Of a stretch of 64,000 nt of DNA, positions 22,236-36,400 are shown in pieces. The translations under genes were made by a program, and so were the position numbers. This DNA is from Setoptus koraiensis. Its lineage: Eukaryota > Animalia > Arthropoda. The DNA lies in assembly GCA_048013815.1 (NCBI GenBank), contig CM106586.1, positions 2,728,001-2,792,000 of the forward strand. The letters are read 5' to 3'. Position 1 is the first letter of the stretch. Every line of letters starts with the position of its first letter. The notes beneath the pieces are model-generated. The model had not been told where the DNA came from, ran no database searches, and saw only the letters and a program-made list of their open reading frames with translations.

Positions 22236-22662
22236 GATGGCAGGCCTTCGGCCTGCCATTCGGCCTCGGCCTGCCGTCCACGCCGGATGCCTACGGCATC
22301 CGGCGGGACGACTGACGGCCTCGCCGGGCACCCTACGGCCTCCCGTCCACGCCGGATGCCTGCGGCATCCGGCGGGACGGCTGGAGGCCTTCGGGCACCC
22401 TCTCAAACTAATAAAAGACCTTTCCCGAGGGCTGGGAGTCGAGTGGGCGGGGCCCGTGAACGGACCGGGTTGGAACTCACTACGGTGACCAATTTGTCGT
22501 TGAAGTGAGTTTTCGTTGAAACGCATTTCGTTGTTTTAATTTTTCGGTAAAGAGATTTTCGTTGAAATGCCTTTTCGATGTCGCTACTTTCGACGAAAAT
22601 CTGTCGTTGAAGTGTATGAGTCGGTGTCGCTACGTTCGATGTTTTGTCTAAATCCGGATCCT
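22236..22662 (+). repeat. Probable right end of the MULE: GC-rich palindromic duplication plus TTTTCGTTGAA subterminal repeats
   Basis: CCGTCCACGCCGGATGCCT(A/G)CGGCATCCGGCGGGACG twice; TTTTCGTTGAAA/TCGTTGAAG repeats ending ...GTTTTGTCTAAATCCGGATCC. Left TIR not available for confirmation. Confidence 0.5.
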
Positions 22663-23221
22663 AACACCCTATACAATCTGTGCTTGTGTGGCTACCACAG
22701 TGCGTTCAAGAAAATGCACTGTGGAAGGCAGCGTAGCATAAACAGTAGAAAAAGCATCGCTTGATCCCGCCACCCTATAGTTGTGCAAAGTTGTTCAATC
22801 CTGTGCAGAGTGCACAGCAGCTACCAAACGTTTATTCCAATAGTTTATTGAAAGAGAGTAACATGTTTATATATGGCACAGAAGTGCTCTGTGCGTGAAC
22901 AGAAAGGCGGCAAATCCTCTCAATGAATCGTTGAGCGCGCCATCTAGCTTTCGATCTCGAGTTACATTTTTATCGCGTGTGACAGGACAGAAACACGAAC
23001 ACATGATTGGTATTTTGATCGTTAAAAAAAAAACGAAGGGGCGCTTGTAAACAATCAAATCAATTCCCCAGCGAAGATATTTCATATATTTATTCCATAA
23101 CATTAAATATAACATACCCCAATTAACTAATACGATCAGTATCATGTTAGCCAAGAATTGGCTGTTGATAAGTACATCATAATTCATCTGTTTCTACTAC
23201 GGATACCGCGTTCTTCTCACC

Positions 23222-26200
23222 ATGGCAAACATGGATTCCTTGCTTACTTGTAGTCCCCAATCGGGGCAGCCACAACAACAGCAACAACAGCAGCAGCAAC
23301 AACAACAGCAACAACCTTGCACATCCACCGGAAACAATCTCGGTGGCTTTGGTACTCTGCCCTGGTTCACAAACAATAATCAGAGTAGCGGGAGGCGAAT
23401 TGTTGAACGGCAGGCATCATCACATAGTAACGACTCTATTAGTCTGCCATTATTTATTACACAAGATAATCCAAAACCAGCTGAATTTATAGCAAGAAAA
23501 ATATTCTATGATTTTACTGTGATAGCCGGTAAGAAAATTGACCTCATACTGTCCCAGGATCCCGTTGAGAAAGTTCTATCAAAATCATTGCAGCGAGGCG
23601 AGGATGCCAACTTCGATCAGATGTTGGTTGCGTTGGGATCCATCAGTGAACATTGTCTGCCATCATTATTGAGGGCCTTAATTGCCTGGTACCATCATCA
23701 ACTTAATTTAGACGAATTTATCCAGCAACACAATAAAAATACTGTCGATAACAACGCTAGTGATACATCGTACAACGCTGGCACACTGGTGGCCAGCCAA
23801 CGTAACTCTGATTTAAGTCAAATTGCTTCTAGGAATTCAATTTGTCAATTGCATCAGCAACAAGATTGCTCTCAAACAGAATGTATGACATTAGCTAGTA
23901 ATGCCAATGATAATAATAATCAAGCCAGCAATTGTTCCACATTGCGGTCGCAATCTTCTAGTCATCAACTCGAAGCTAACTCACCTGCCTCCAATATCAA
24001 CACAAGTGGTGGCGGTAGTAGCAGTAGTGGCGGTGGTGGAAGTGCTAATCAAACTTTATCAATCATTACAACAACCACAACAGCAACCACTACAGCAACA
24101 ACTACCACCACAACAACTACTCTGACTACAAATGTTACATCCGCGAACACGACTGCAGCTATCTCAAGGCATTCCTCTTTCCTGACGAACTCTTTGGCTC
24201 TCAGTTCGTCTGTGGGCTCCCAAGCGTCGCTACTCGGAATGATTGTACCACCTCAAATGAATACAACAGTACCAAACATTGTCAGTGGTTCTGGAACAGA
24301 TCACACTCTGGCCTCTTTGTTTTCGCCAGCATCGTTAGATCATCACATCAGAACAAGTCAACTAATATTGGATTCAAATCAAACCCTCATTGATGTTAAT
24401 TTATTGAAGAAGCGCGAACTGGCCATCGAGTTCATATTCTGTCAGGCTCTCATAGAGATATTCGGTCAATTGTCGCTACATCCTGGTCACGAAGATCTCA
24501 TAAATCATATAGAATTGATAGCGTTTCAACATTTCAAATTTGTCGAAGGTGAACAAAGTGAACCAAATATCACAAATATACACATGTTAGCAGACTTGTA
24601 CGGCGAAGTGATTGGTGTTCTTGCCCAAACGCGCTTCCAATCTGTGAAGAAAAAGTTCATGTATGAATTGAAGGAGCTCAGATCTAAAGAATTGACCACT
24701 CATACAACTCAATCTATTATAAGTCTATTGATGGGCATGAAGTTCTTTCGTGTTAAAATGGCACCCATCGAAGAATTTGAGGCAAGGGTTCAATTCTTAC
24801 AAGAATGTGCCAACTATTTCCTTGAGGTCCGCCATAAGGATATTAAGCACGCTCTGGCTGGACTATTTGTTGAGATATTGGTGCCAGTTGCCGCCTCAGT
24901 CAAAAATGAGGTCAATGTGCCCTGCTTAAAGAAATTTGTCGATTTACTCTACCCTCAAACTTTGGACATGTGTATCAAAAAGAAGCATGCACTCTCTTTA
25001 TTCCCTCTAGTCACTTGTTTGCTATGCGTCAGCCAAAGATCATTATTTCTGGCCAATTGGCACATATTTCTGTCAATGTGTTTATCTAATCTGAAAAATA
25101 GGGATCAGAAGATGTGCAGAGTGGCTTTAGAGTCTCTATACAGATTACTATGGGTTTATATGATTAGAATCAAATGTGAGAGTAATACAGTTACACAAAG
25201 CAGATTACATTCAATAGTAAATTCGCTTTTTCCAAAAGGCTCCAAGACTGTTGTGCCTAGAGATACCCCACTGAATATATTTGTAAAAATCATACAGTTT
25301 ATAGCACAGGAAAGACTGGACTTCGCGATGAAGCTAATCGTATTCGATTTGTTATCTGTGGAGAGGCCCATAAAAGTTATATTGACTCCAGAAAGAATGA
25401 ATATAGCATTGCGGGCATTCTTAGTGGTAGCAGACAGCCTTCAACAACGAGAGGGTGAACCTCCGATGCCGAGATCGGTTGGTGTTCTTCCATCGGGAAA
25501 CACCTCTAGAGTCAGGAAGACATACCTACAGAAGATGCTCACCGAGGAGGCAGCCAAAAGTATTGGTATCTACCATTATTATCCACACGTTAGACGCTCT
25601 TTCAATGACATTCTCAGAGCGTTGGATGTTCACTTTGGTCGACCACTTATGTTAACAGTTACACATAACATGAACAAAGAGCCCGATGGTATGATATCCG
25701 GCGAGAGCAAGCCAAAAATTGATCTATTTAAGACATGCGTCGCAGCAATACCAAGACTAATGCCCGACGGTATGTCAAAACAGGATCTGATTGATTTGTT
25801 ATCTAGATTGACTGTGCATATGGACGAGGAAATGAGAGGTTATGCGTATCAGTCATTGCAGACACTGGTGACCGACTTTAACGATTGGCGAGCCGACGTA
25901 GTTGAGGGATTCACGATGTTTCTCACTAATGAGATAAACGATACATTTAGGCCCTTGGTGGACAACGCACTGAGAATGTTATTGCAGTTACTGTCAAATT
26001 GGAAAAATGCCATCACGGTTACATCAACATCAACGCCAACATCTCACCGGAATGGTTCGACAGATTCTGGCGATCACAATCAACAACAGTCAGTTGTTAG
26101 TCGCCATGGCGGTGGTCAAATGGCAGCGCGCAAAAACAGGATATTATGTGAGATGAAAATATTGGAGAAAGAGATCAGTTCTAGTGAACTGGAGAGATTT

Positions 26201-27101
26201 TTCAGCGTATTCCAAACTGTCGAAGGTTTGGCTCTGGTGATGTTGTGTAGTTGTAGGCAGCCAACTAGAAAATTGGCAGCGCACACATTGCGTGAATGTC
26301 GTCTTCTGAACAAACAATATATTTCTATGGCGACGGTTGCCTCGGCGGCTGGTGACACATCTATGAGTAACATGTTACAACAACGTCTCATAAACGGAAG
26401 ACAAAATCCCGACGAATCGGTGGCGGATGTCATTGACAGAGTGGCGCCCAATGTTGCTGAGTTGTGTCTACCCTATTTGTCCGCTAGCGAAAGACAATTT
26501 CTAATGACGACTCAATTGGTGGATCTACAATTATTGGCAGAGAGAACGGGCACCTGTTGGATATCGGCCTCACACTCGGACCTAGAAGGCTCCTCCAATG
26601 CGTCCGCTTCATCGTCTTTCTACCAAGGAACTGGAAATCAGCAGCATAGGACATCAGTGTCCAGTGATTGGTCGGTTTTGGTGGATCACCGCCACCAGCA
26701 ACAACAACAACAACAATCAGTTCAGCAAAACACTTCCTCTACAAATTCCAACTCAAATGATAGTAAACATTATCAACTGAATGCTTGGCTGGCCTTCATG
26801 GTTGGCTATCTCGACCATGTGGCCACATCGTGTCCATCAGCAACAATTGCTGCGTGGTCAATTGTGTTCAAAAGATTGAATTCCTTATTTAGTTATCTGG
26901 AGCCAACACAGGTGAGCGACAATAGGGCATCATCTTTGTTGTCGCGAGGTTCAACATCGTCATTGAAAAGGCCGAGTAATCTACAGCAACATTCTGATAC
27001 CCACATACTATATTTGGATCTATGGAAATCCTATCTAATGTTTGCCTGTCGCATAGCACCACCATCGGTGTCCATAACGGCACCATCTCAATCGATTATG
27101 C

Positions 27102-27168
<67 letters not shown>

Positions 27169-30100
27169 GCAGCAGCAACAACAACAACAACTGCTAACAG
27201 CAAGCTCTCATCACAACAATGGTGCTGGTAGTAGGCCAAGTGGAACATCAAGCAACTCGGGCACCATTACACATGGCAAGGGTACCTTACTGGCAAATAC
27301 GAGTGATGCAAGTGGGCCAAATGTTTCTGCCATGTCCAACCTATCGGCCTCACCCGATCACTCACTAACTGATCGGAGCGATACTAAATCGCCCCAGACT
27401 CCATTGATAATGGCATCTGTGTTATTTAAGCAAGTTCTAACGTTGCTCCGTAGTGAACAAACGGATGTGACAAATGCAACAATTGGCGGACTGGCGCAAG
27501 TCAATGAGAACATACTTAAGGATTTAATTGATGAGCTAGCTATTTATGTTCGTGAGGCCACAGACAGGAAACAGGAGAATATGCGCCGTAGAAAGAGACG
27601 TGAAATGTTGCGGGTCCATTTGGGGCGTCTGTTTGAACTCATCAGCGAGAAGGGTATATTTGGCAACTGTTCGACATTGTTTAATAACAGCACTTTGGAC
27701 AGAGGCGACAACTCTTACATATTGAACGACACTATTGGTGATTACGTCGAAGGTATGAGATTGTACTTAGAAACAGAGAGCGACAAGGACACTTCACAAT
27801 TGGTGCAAACAATCAAGATTTGTTTCTCAAGATTCTTGCACCATTTTATAAACAGTTTTCCATTGGATTTGAGAACTTCTTTGTTTGGTCGAGATCTGCG
27901 CAAAAATTTATTCTATATATTTGCTAGCTGGATGCCCAACAGGGGCGATTGTTTTTCAAAGTCACAATTGACCTCTTCTAAGTCACAACAAGATCATTAT
28001 CGTGCCTATCACCATGAGCAGCATCAATCCATGGTGTGCAGTCTCAACACCCAAAGCAGCACCAAAACTCCATCCAAGTCTTCAACAAGACAACAATCGA
28101 TCACCCAGAACACTTCAGATAATTCAATTAGCGCCAATAGCAATGGCCACAGCAAATCGGCAACTAGCGATTTTGAAATAGCAACATTACAGGCGATGTC
28201 GTCCATATTATGTTGTGGTTCAGTGTTTAATTCACAAATACTCAATGAGGACAGCTGTCTCTATCCTTGGTTGGTTCATTTGATGTCGTCGAAGGACAAA
28301 TGTTTGAAAGAGCTCGGCCTAGACACGGCAATACTTTTGTTGGAGTACAATCCTGACGTTGGAAACTTATTGGATTGGTTAGTGGATTGTTGTTACACAA
28401 AAAACAATCAGATAGCTGATCTTTGTTTCACCGCTCTGGCCACCATATTTAGTGTTCGCGATCATCCCTGTGACAGGTACATAGCGATTATCAATGTGAC
28501 ACTGATGAATATTGGTTGCCTTCGCTCTGATATTCATCATTTGGCGATGGATTTGATGCGTTTGTTAGACGAGCGATTTCTCATTCCGAACGCTCAGCAA
28601 TTTTTCACTATGTGCGCCGATGAGAGCGACGATTTTATATTACGCAATGCAGCGGCAAAGGAGGTAGTGACAGCTACAACATCACAAAGGATGATAATGA
28701 GAGGTGGCCAACAACAAGATGCCCTGGGCGAGTTACCTGTTTACGATCAAATGATCAACAAGAGGCGCAGTTCACTGGATGACGATTCGCAACTTGAGGG
28801 GGCCGATGACGAACTGCTGCTGATAGGCAACAGCAAGTCGGATCGCGGGGCCGATCAGCAAGGCGACGACGACTACGATAGCACCACTAGGCTGAGTGAC
28901 AATGGCGACACTGACAGGATTCGGAAACATTCCAATGCCAGCAATAATCCGTTTAGTTTCAGCAATAGGTCACATCCGAACAGAATGACCATAAATTTGC
29001 CACCGGATGCCGCTCGAGACAGAATGAAACCGCTCATATTTAGGCACATAGCAAACAATTACAATTCTTGCAGTCAGTCTACAAATACACTAAATAGGGA
29101 ACAATGCGGCCATTCGCAGCAGGACGGTCAACAACAAATGCAAAGCAATCGCAGCCAGCACACCGGGGGCGAAATATATCGGCGTTCAAGCGAGCCCAAG
29201 TTGTCCATGTGTCGCTTGAATGAAATCGGCAGCGGCAATTTCGTGTCGGGAGCCAATGATTTTTTCAAGAACAACCTGGCACACAATCCGTGTCGAGTGG
29301 CCTCGGACAACATACAAACCAATTTCTTTGGTCAGCTCAAAGAGGACCCATCCATGATCGGACTGAGGTCGCCCACTTCGGCCTATCACGAGCGCGTCTG
29401 TTTGCCACTGATACCCGATCATTCGGCCAGCCAGGACAACAACAACCAAAACGGCCAATGGTGTAACCAGTTGGACATTTCTAGACGAATGTCCGAATTG
29501 CATCCGCAATTGACTATGCCCATCATATCGGAGATAACCTATAGAGTTCAGACTGCAACGCCGTCAATGTGCCAAAATTTACTCACTTCATTTTTGCCCT
29601 GGCTCACCAACATGGAATTGGTAGATCACAATCTGGCGCCCAATTGTATACCTCCCATGGCGAGTAGCACCAATCAGACAAATTTGGATTCGGCCCGCAC
29701 TTCTAATCAGGCGAACATCAGGCGCCGATGTCAGCGCAATCAATCGTCGCGAGCGGGCGCCGAGCCGGACATTATGTCGAATCATCATCACGAGACAAAT
29801 CATGAGCAGTTTAGAGCGGATGAGCTAGAGGATTGCATCGTCAATGAGAACGGCCTCAACAGTGTCACTGTGGGCTGGGGCTCATCGGAGGCCACCCAAA
29901 TGGTATTGAACAATTTCTTTCACTTGGCCATTAAGTTTGCCGATCATTATCCAAAAGAGATCGAGGCAATATGGGCCCATTTGAGTGTTAGTATGCCAAA
30001 CAATATGCGCACAATAATCAGATTTTTGTTTGTCATGATAACATTGGCACCAAGCGAGTTGTGTGAGCACGTCAAACGAATTGCTCTATTTATGGCCAGG

Positions 30101-33100
30101 GCAAATATTGGCAAATTTGCGGACGAAATAATGAACGAAATGCAAACAGTAGAGACCATAAATGGTTTAGTGGAACGGACCCAGGCGCCGCCATTTTATA
30201 GATTCACTAATTTGAGAAAATCACACGATGACAATATTGACGACGATGTCATGATGGATGACGCGCTCGACAACGAATTATTCCATTACAACAATTACAA
30301 TGGCACCAATACCAACAACAGCAACAACAACAGTAACAGTAATAGTAACCACAACATCGACAATACGACAACAAAGTCAACAACTAAACTGCAACAGCGA
30401 CATCACCCATTGGACGCGGTCAACAAGAGCAATTTACTGAGTGGTCAAGGCCAGCAAAAGGTGGCCCCCACTCCGTACCCGTTGCCAATGCCGGAATTTG
30501 GTGGTTTTTATGCGCCTCTAAACGACTTTATGCCCTCTCAAGGACAGCCAATCGTTGGTCTGCACAGGTGTAGCTTGGCGCTGGTTTTGGTTTCCGGTGT
30601 CATAGGCAAATGTGGCGTTGTTTTGGACTGGACGGCGCACTTGCCCTCCATGTTGAACGTTTGTTTTCTCGGCTTGGATCACATGAAGCCGTTTGTTCAT
30701 GAGCATTGTAAGCAATTATTGACCGATTTGTTGACATTGTTGAGTCGCCGGTCGCACGTACCCTCATCGCCGTTGAACGCGCTCAGCAAAACAACGGGCC
30801 AAGATGAGGCCCAAGATCAATTGGGTCACGATCGAAATCATCAGCATCATCAAGCGCTCAATCCAAGAATTCATTATTCTCGTTATGTGAAACAATTGGG
30901 CCAAAATTTGGACAAGCTCCTCTCTAAGCCGGTCACTATTTACAATAACAATTGCGAACATATTGCCCTGTACATCAACGAGATACTAGATCATTTTCAG
31001 TGCGAGTTGCCCCAAGCGAAATTGCGCGAACGTTGGGCCGAAGTGTCGCTTCAGTGCGCCCTATCGTGTTCGTCGCGTCATTACGCAAGCCGATCGCTGC
31101 AAATATTCCGAGCGCTCAAAATATCGCCATCGCCACGAATGATGACAGATATTTTGTCGCGCCTGGTTGAGACTGTGTCCGAGCAAGGCGAAGATATGCA
31201 AGGTTACGTAAGCGAGCTAATGCTAACCCTCGAGTCCATAGTGGACGTGCTGGGGCGCGACTTTGACCAGCATCAGGCCGCCACTAGCACCACAGATCAG
31301 CATTCTGGGGCTAGCAACAACAACAACAACACCGGAAATAGCTCTGCAAGTGACGCAAACAATTGTCTGTTGAGGCTCAACAACGACAAACAACAGTCGA
31401 CGGCCACCGACAGCCGGCAGCCGTCGGAGCAAGAGGACGATGAAGAGGACGAGGACGGCGATTACAATTTCAACAATTATCACACAAACGAGGCCAATTG
31501 CGCTCTGTTCTTTTGGATAGCCGTCGTGATGCTAGAGACAGATTACGAGCACGAGTTTCTATTGGCCCTGAAATTGTTACGCAAGGTGCTACCGTTGATG
31601 CCGCTCAATCAATCTGAGTGCATTGGTCGAATTGAAAAGAATCTCATTCAGATGAAATGGGACAATTTCCCTGGTGTTCACGCGCTCGTACTGAAGGGTT
31701 GCACATCGGCCAGCACCTACGAGACCAGCATTGCGGTCCTCAATCAGTTGATACCCATTTTGGACAATCCCATCATAGACAATTCGGAATCGGCCAACAG
31801 TTTTCCGTTCAACGTCATGGCTCAGCTCACTTATCTGTTGTTGCATTACGACGTGCCCAATCAAACTTGTGTGGACATTGCGCGCCAGATTGCCTCATGG
31901 TGCACGGAAAAATCAAAAAAATTGGACAATCTATCTACCGTTATGACATTGTATTCTCGGCGTACGTTCAGCAAGGAAAGTCACCAATGGATAAAATGTG
32001 TTGTGAAATACCTGTACGACGCCTATTCGCACGTATTTCCAAATCTCATATCGTTCCTCATAGAGATGTTAGACAAGGGATCGCAACAGGTGCATCAGCA
32101 CATCATAAGCATATTGTATTGTATACTCAATTATGTCGACATAACCTCGAGCGCGCCAGGCATAAACTCAGACCTGGTCAAAATAGCCAACAAGTACGTG
32201 GAGGGGCCCCAATGGAAGGATGCGCTTAAGATTGTCAAATTAATAGTGTCGCGCTCGTCGGCACTCACCACCCCGAGCTCGTTTTACAGCGGCGCCACCC
32301 AATCTACCAATAACTACTATTCATTCATGAATAACAGTAGCCTCTATCAGAGTTTGCCGCCGGCGTCATCGTCATCATCCACGTACCAACATCCGTACCA
32401 TCATCATCACCATCATAATCATCATCATCACAACCACCATCATTCTTTCACAAGTGGTTTCAGTAGTATGACGTCGCCCACCTCGTTCACTGCCGACACA
32501 CTTAGTTTGGCCTCTAACGCATCGTCGCTGTTGACCTACGGCAACGACAGTCTCGTCGACCAATCAACAAACAATCCATCTAATCCGTCTAGCACTTCCG
32601 GTGGCGGACCTTTGGGCGGCGGAAAACGCGAGCTACCCGGCAGAACTATGGACTTTGCAATGGACATAAAATCGATGCCTCTAGTTGGTTGCAAGCATTT
32701 AATCAACAACAGGTCGTCTACTAACAACGCTGCCGCGGATCAGGTCACCACATCCGCCGCCGCCGCCGCTACCGGAAACGGCAACAGCAGCAGAGCTACG
32801 GCAATGGCTGCCGGCAACAGCAGCAACACTCAAGCTGACAAAAGTACCCAGCACAATTTTTTGAATGTTAATTACGAGGGCGCCGCTTCGCCAAGAAAAA
32901 GTTTATCCTACAACAATTCGTTCAACGAGCACTTGGCGCATCATTGGCGCCGACCCTGGTTGGCCCAAGTTCACATACGCGAACGCTTGGTCAGTTTGCT
33001 GTCGGGCTGCGGTCAGCGCATCGGTTTGCCCAAGAGTCCCAGTGTTATATTTAGTCAAAACAGCGACAATATGCTAGACAATCAGCCCTCAAGTATGGCG

Positions 33101-33394
33101 GGCAGCAGCACCGACGAGATAGCCCAATCGCAAAATGATTTGTCCGAACATGACAAGCTAGACATTGAGAGTTGCGCCGACGAGGAACGCTTCACAATGT
33201 TTAGAGATTTTGACTTTTTGGAATACGAGCTCGAGAGCCAAGAGGGCGACAATCAGGACAACTTCAATTGGGGCGTCAGGCGGCGCTCGTTGTCGCGAAT
33301 AGGCGACACGCCGGACGAGATAACTGTGACGGGCGACAGTGTCAACTTTTGTCCGGATCCGCTCACCGCAGAGAACGACGAACGTTCCGATTAG
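23222..33394 (+). CDS. fry: Protein furry (Fry/Tao3/Mor2 family, NDR-kinase scaffold), single exon, 3390 aa
   Basis: Uninterrupted 10.2-kb ORF with Fry motifs: KSLQRGEDANFDQ..HCLPSLLRALIAWY, PIEEFEA, QERLDFAM, PERMNIALRAFLVVADSLQQREGEPPMP, YPLPMPEFGGFYAPL, ASRSLQIFRAL, EHEFLLALKLL, KRELPGRTMDF, RERLVSLL, FDFLEYELES..DNFNWGVRRRS. Confidence 0.97.
27101..27190 (+). repeat. (CAA)n/(CAG)n polyQ tract (~30 Gln) inside fry
   Basis: Near-pure CAA run in frame. Confidence 0.95.
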
Positions 33395-33490
33395 CGGATT
33401 ATATGAGCATTATCACCAAAACAATGCGAACGGGCATGCATTGCGAGCCAGCCTCACGCTGTTGCATAATTAATGTCAAACAAATTTGTA

Positions 33491-33496
33491 AATAAA
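33491..33496 (+). terminator. Candidate polyadenylation signal for fry
   Basis: AATAAA about 100 bp after the stop codon, in an A/T-rich stretch. Confidence 0.4.
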
Positions 33497-36400
33497 TAAT
33501 AATAATAATAAATTGACAACATGATTCGATGCTGTGATTGCGATTTACTAGAGAACGAGTATTGCCGCTAGTTGACGGCGTTGCTGTCTCAACTGTCTCA
33601 TGATGATGGTGCGCGCCAGGCGAGATAGATGGCGCACTTGAAAGTGGGGCCCATCGGGGTGCCACTGATACTGCGCGCATTGGGGCTCTCTAGTCAGACG
33701 GACAGACGCAGGGGCGCAGGGGGAAAAGTTGTTGTTGCCAGTTAGTTTGTTGATTAACTAGATCGAGTTCAGTTTGCTTCATGAGGGAACATTGCAAATA
33801 AACAATTGTTTTTATTAGTCGCTCACATCAACAAACCTAAAAGATAATTCGCTCAAGCTTAGCAGAGATTTGTGATTTGTAAATGGCAGCGCATGGCAAG
33901 TGAATGAACGATCACAGTTGAATTGTGTTCGAATTCAAATAGATGCAACAACAAAGTGGATAAGATTTATTTAGCCGACGCAAGCGTACGAACGACAAGT
34001 ATAAAGTTGTTATCGCTTGTGGTGCCGTCAAGACGGAAGTGATCGCATCGTCGTCATCGGCAGCAGCAGCAGCATCAGCATCAACAGCAGCAACAACAAC
34101 AACAGCAACAACATCAACAACAGCAACAACATCGGTGGTTTGCAAGCAAAACAAAACAAGCGTTGTGATCGGAACAACTTTTGAGTAGCCCCAAGTAACA
34201 ATAGATTATTATTCAGGGCCATGAATAAGCGATCAGCGTTAATCTCAAGCTGTGAACAGTGACAAAACAGCACGACAACAACAACAGCAGCAGCAGCAAC
34301 AACAACAACAAAAACAGCACCGATCGAAATGAACCCGTTCGGTGGCACCCAAGGCGCGCCAGCTTGCCTGCTGGCCTGGCTCATCGTAGTGGGCTCTTTG
34401 GCAGGTGAGTTTTCATTACTGTTATTTGATATGTTACGCAATGGTAACGTTCACGAGAGACTCGAAAAGTCGCAAAAGACAATTGTAAGCCAATGTTTAT
34501 CCGCTCCGCTCGTGTAGTGGTGGCCAGCGAGACAGTTGTAGTTTATCACGAGCACGAGCACAAACACGAGCACAAACATACACTTACGCTCGCGCAAACA
34601 AATGTCGCATTATTCAGCAATGTGATGCAACGTTGCCATTGGACCAGTGGCTGGCACAGACTGGGCTCATTTAGTTAATTATTGAGGCCCACTTACCATT
34701 TGCCATTATGTCTAATGTCTGGTGTGTCTAATCTGTTGTTGTCGGTGCAGTTGTTGGCGCTGACAGTTTGTCTGGGCCAGTTGGCTTGTGCTGGCGCTGT
34801 TTGGGCCCCAAACAGTTGACTGGCCAGCAACATCTTCCATTAGTTGCAGCGCGAGTCAGCCAAAACAACAACAACAACAACAACAGCAGCAGCAACAACA
34901 GCGACAACGTCAACAGCAACATGCGGTGATAGACAGTTTATCATTGTGCTGGCACAAGCAGCCGCTGATGTGCCCGAAAAGGGGGGCCCGTGTGCCATTA
35001 GTTGTTGTGGCCTCTTGCATAATAACAATCGCACGCCCATTGCGCTCCTATAAAATCTAATCATCATTTCGACACACTGACAAACAATAAATGAGCAACA
35101 GCAAACAATAAATAAACAACAACAGCAAACAACAATTGCCCAGTTTGTTTGTCGTGGCTGTCGGGCCCGCTGGCTAGAGGCCCGTTAGCTCGAGGCGTCG
35201 CTGGCCGCTCGCAAATGTCCCGTTGCCTGTCAAACTGACCGACAGGCAGTGTGACTTACACACAGTGACCGCATGCTGACAGCGGTATTATGATGACTCA
35301 ACACCGATCCGGCTGTCCGTTGTTATCGTGGCCATGCGATCATTATAATCGCGCTACACAAACAACAACAACAACGACAACGACAACAACAACACTTTCT
35401 CCAAAATGTGTTGACCAATGCTGTTTGATGTACGACGACCACGCCAAACAAGCGCGCCATATCTAATTTGAATTTTCGCCTCTCGCTGCACCCCGCAACC
35501 ATCCGCCATTCGGGCCCCACCAATGAACTGTTTGCGCCCCACAGCCGGCCGCTGTTCGGAGGCTCGCGAGTCCGCTGTCTGGGGGCCCCGCAAGTCCACT
35601 GTTCGGCTTGCCTATAGCGAGAGTGGCCGCTGGTGGCCACTGGCCAGCATCAAATTGGCGCGTATGAATATTCATTAAGGTCGGTCCGTAGCGGGCTGCT
35701 GGTGGGGCTGTTGCGCAATCGGTCACAATTGGAATCAATTGGTCAGCTGCGGCCGATGCCGCGTCCGCCATCGGCGGTGGCTCAAATTCAAATTTGTCAG
35801 CGCCTGTCACAATGCGGCATTGTCAATGCCTACGCGCCAGCGGTTCCAATTGCGCCAATTCACCTGACCACTCACCTATGCCGATTGTTTGGCCGGGCCC
35901 CATTGTGTCGTCGATGTCGGCGGAATGAACTTGCTGGCGCATTGCGCAACATAAACGCATATATCGGCGCGATATCAATTAGCGCGGGAGGCGGTTTGCG
36001 CGAAATTAATTGATTTCTAATGGGGGGCCCATTGTTTGCCGAGCGAGCGCATCCCCGAATTGTCCGCAGGCTGTCCGCGGGGCCCCATCATCGGACAGCC
36101 CATCGTGCCAGCGTGCAGTGCGTTGCCGGCTGACCGACAATGTGAGTGGCTGGCAATTGGCACCACTTGTACACTGCAATGCTTGTCGATACTGGTGCCC
36201 CCCCCCCCCGATCATTATCCGTGTCCGTATCATCGCTCAATCCGCTAATAGTTGATATGGCGTAGATGGCGCATTGGCGCAGAGTGAATTTGGGCGAGCG
36301 TTCGGGGGCCCGAAAATTGCCGCTCATCGAGTTTGTGTCAGACACAGTCGCTGACGAACGGGGGCCCCCGACAAAGTGATGGCATCACATACACGGTGTG

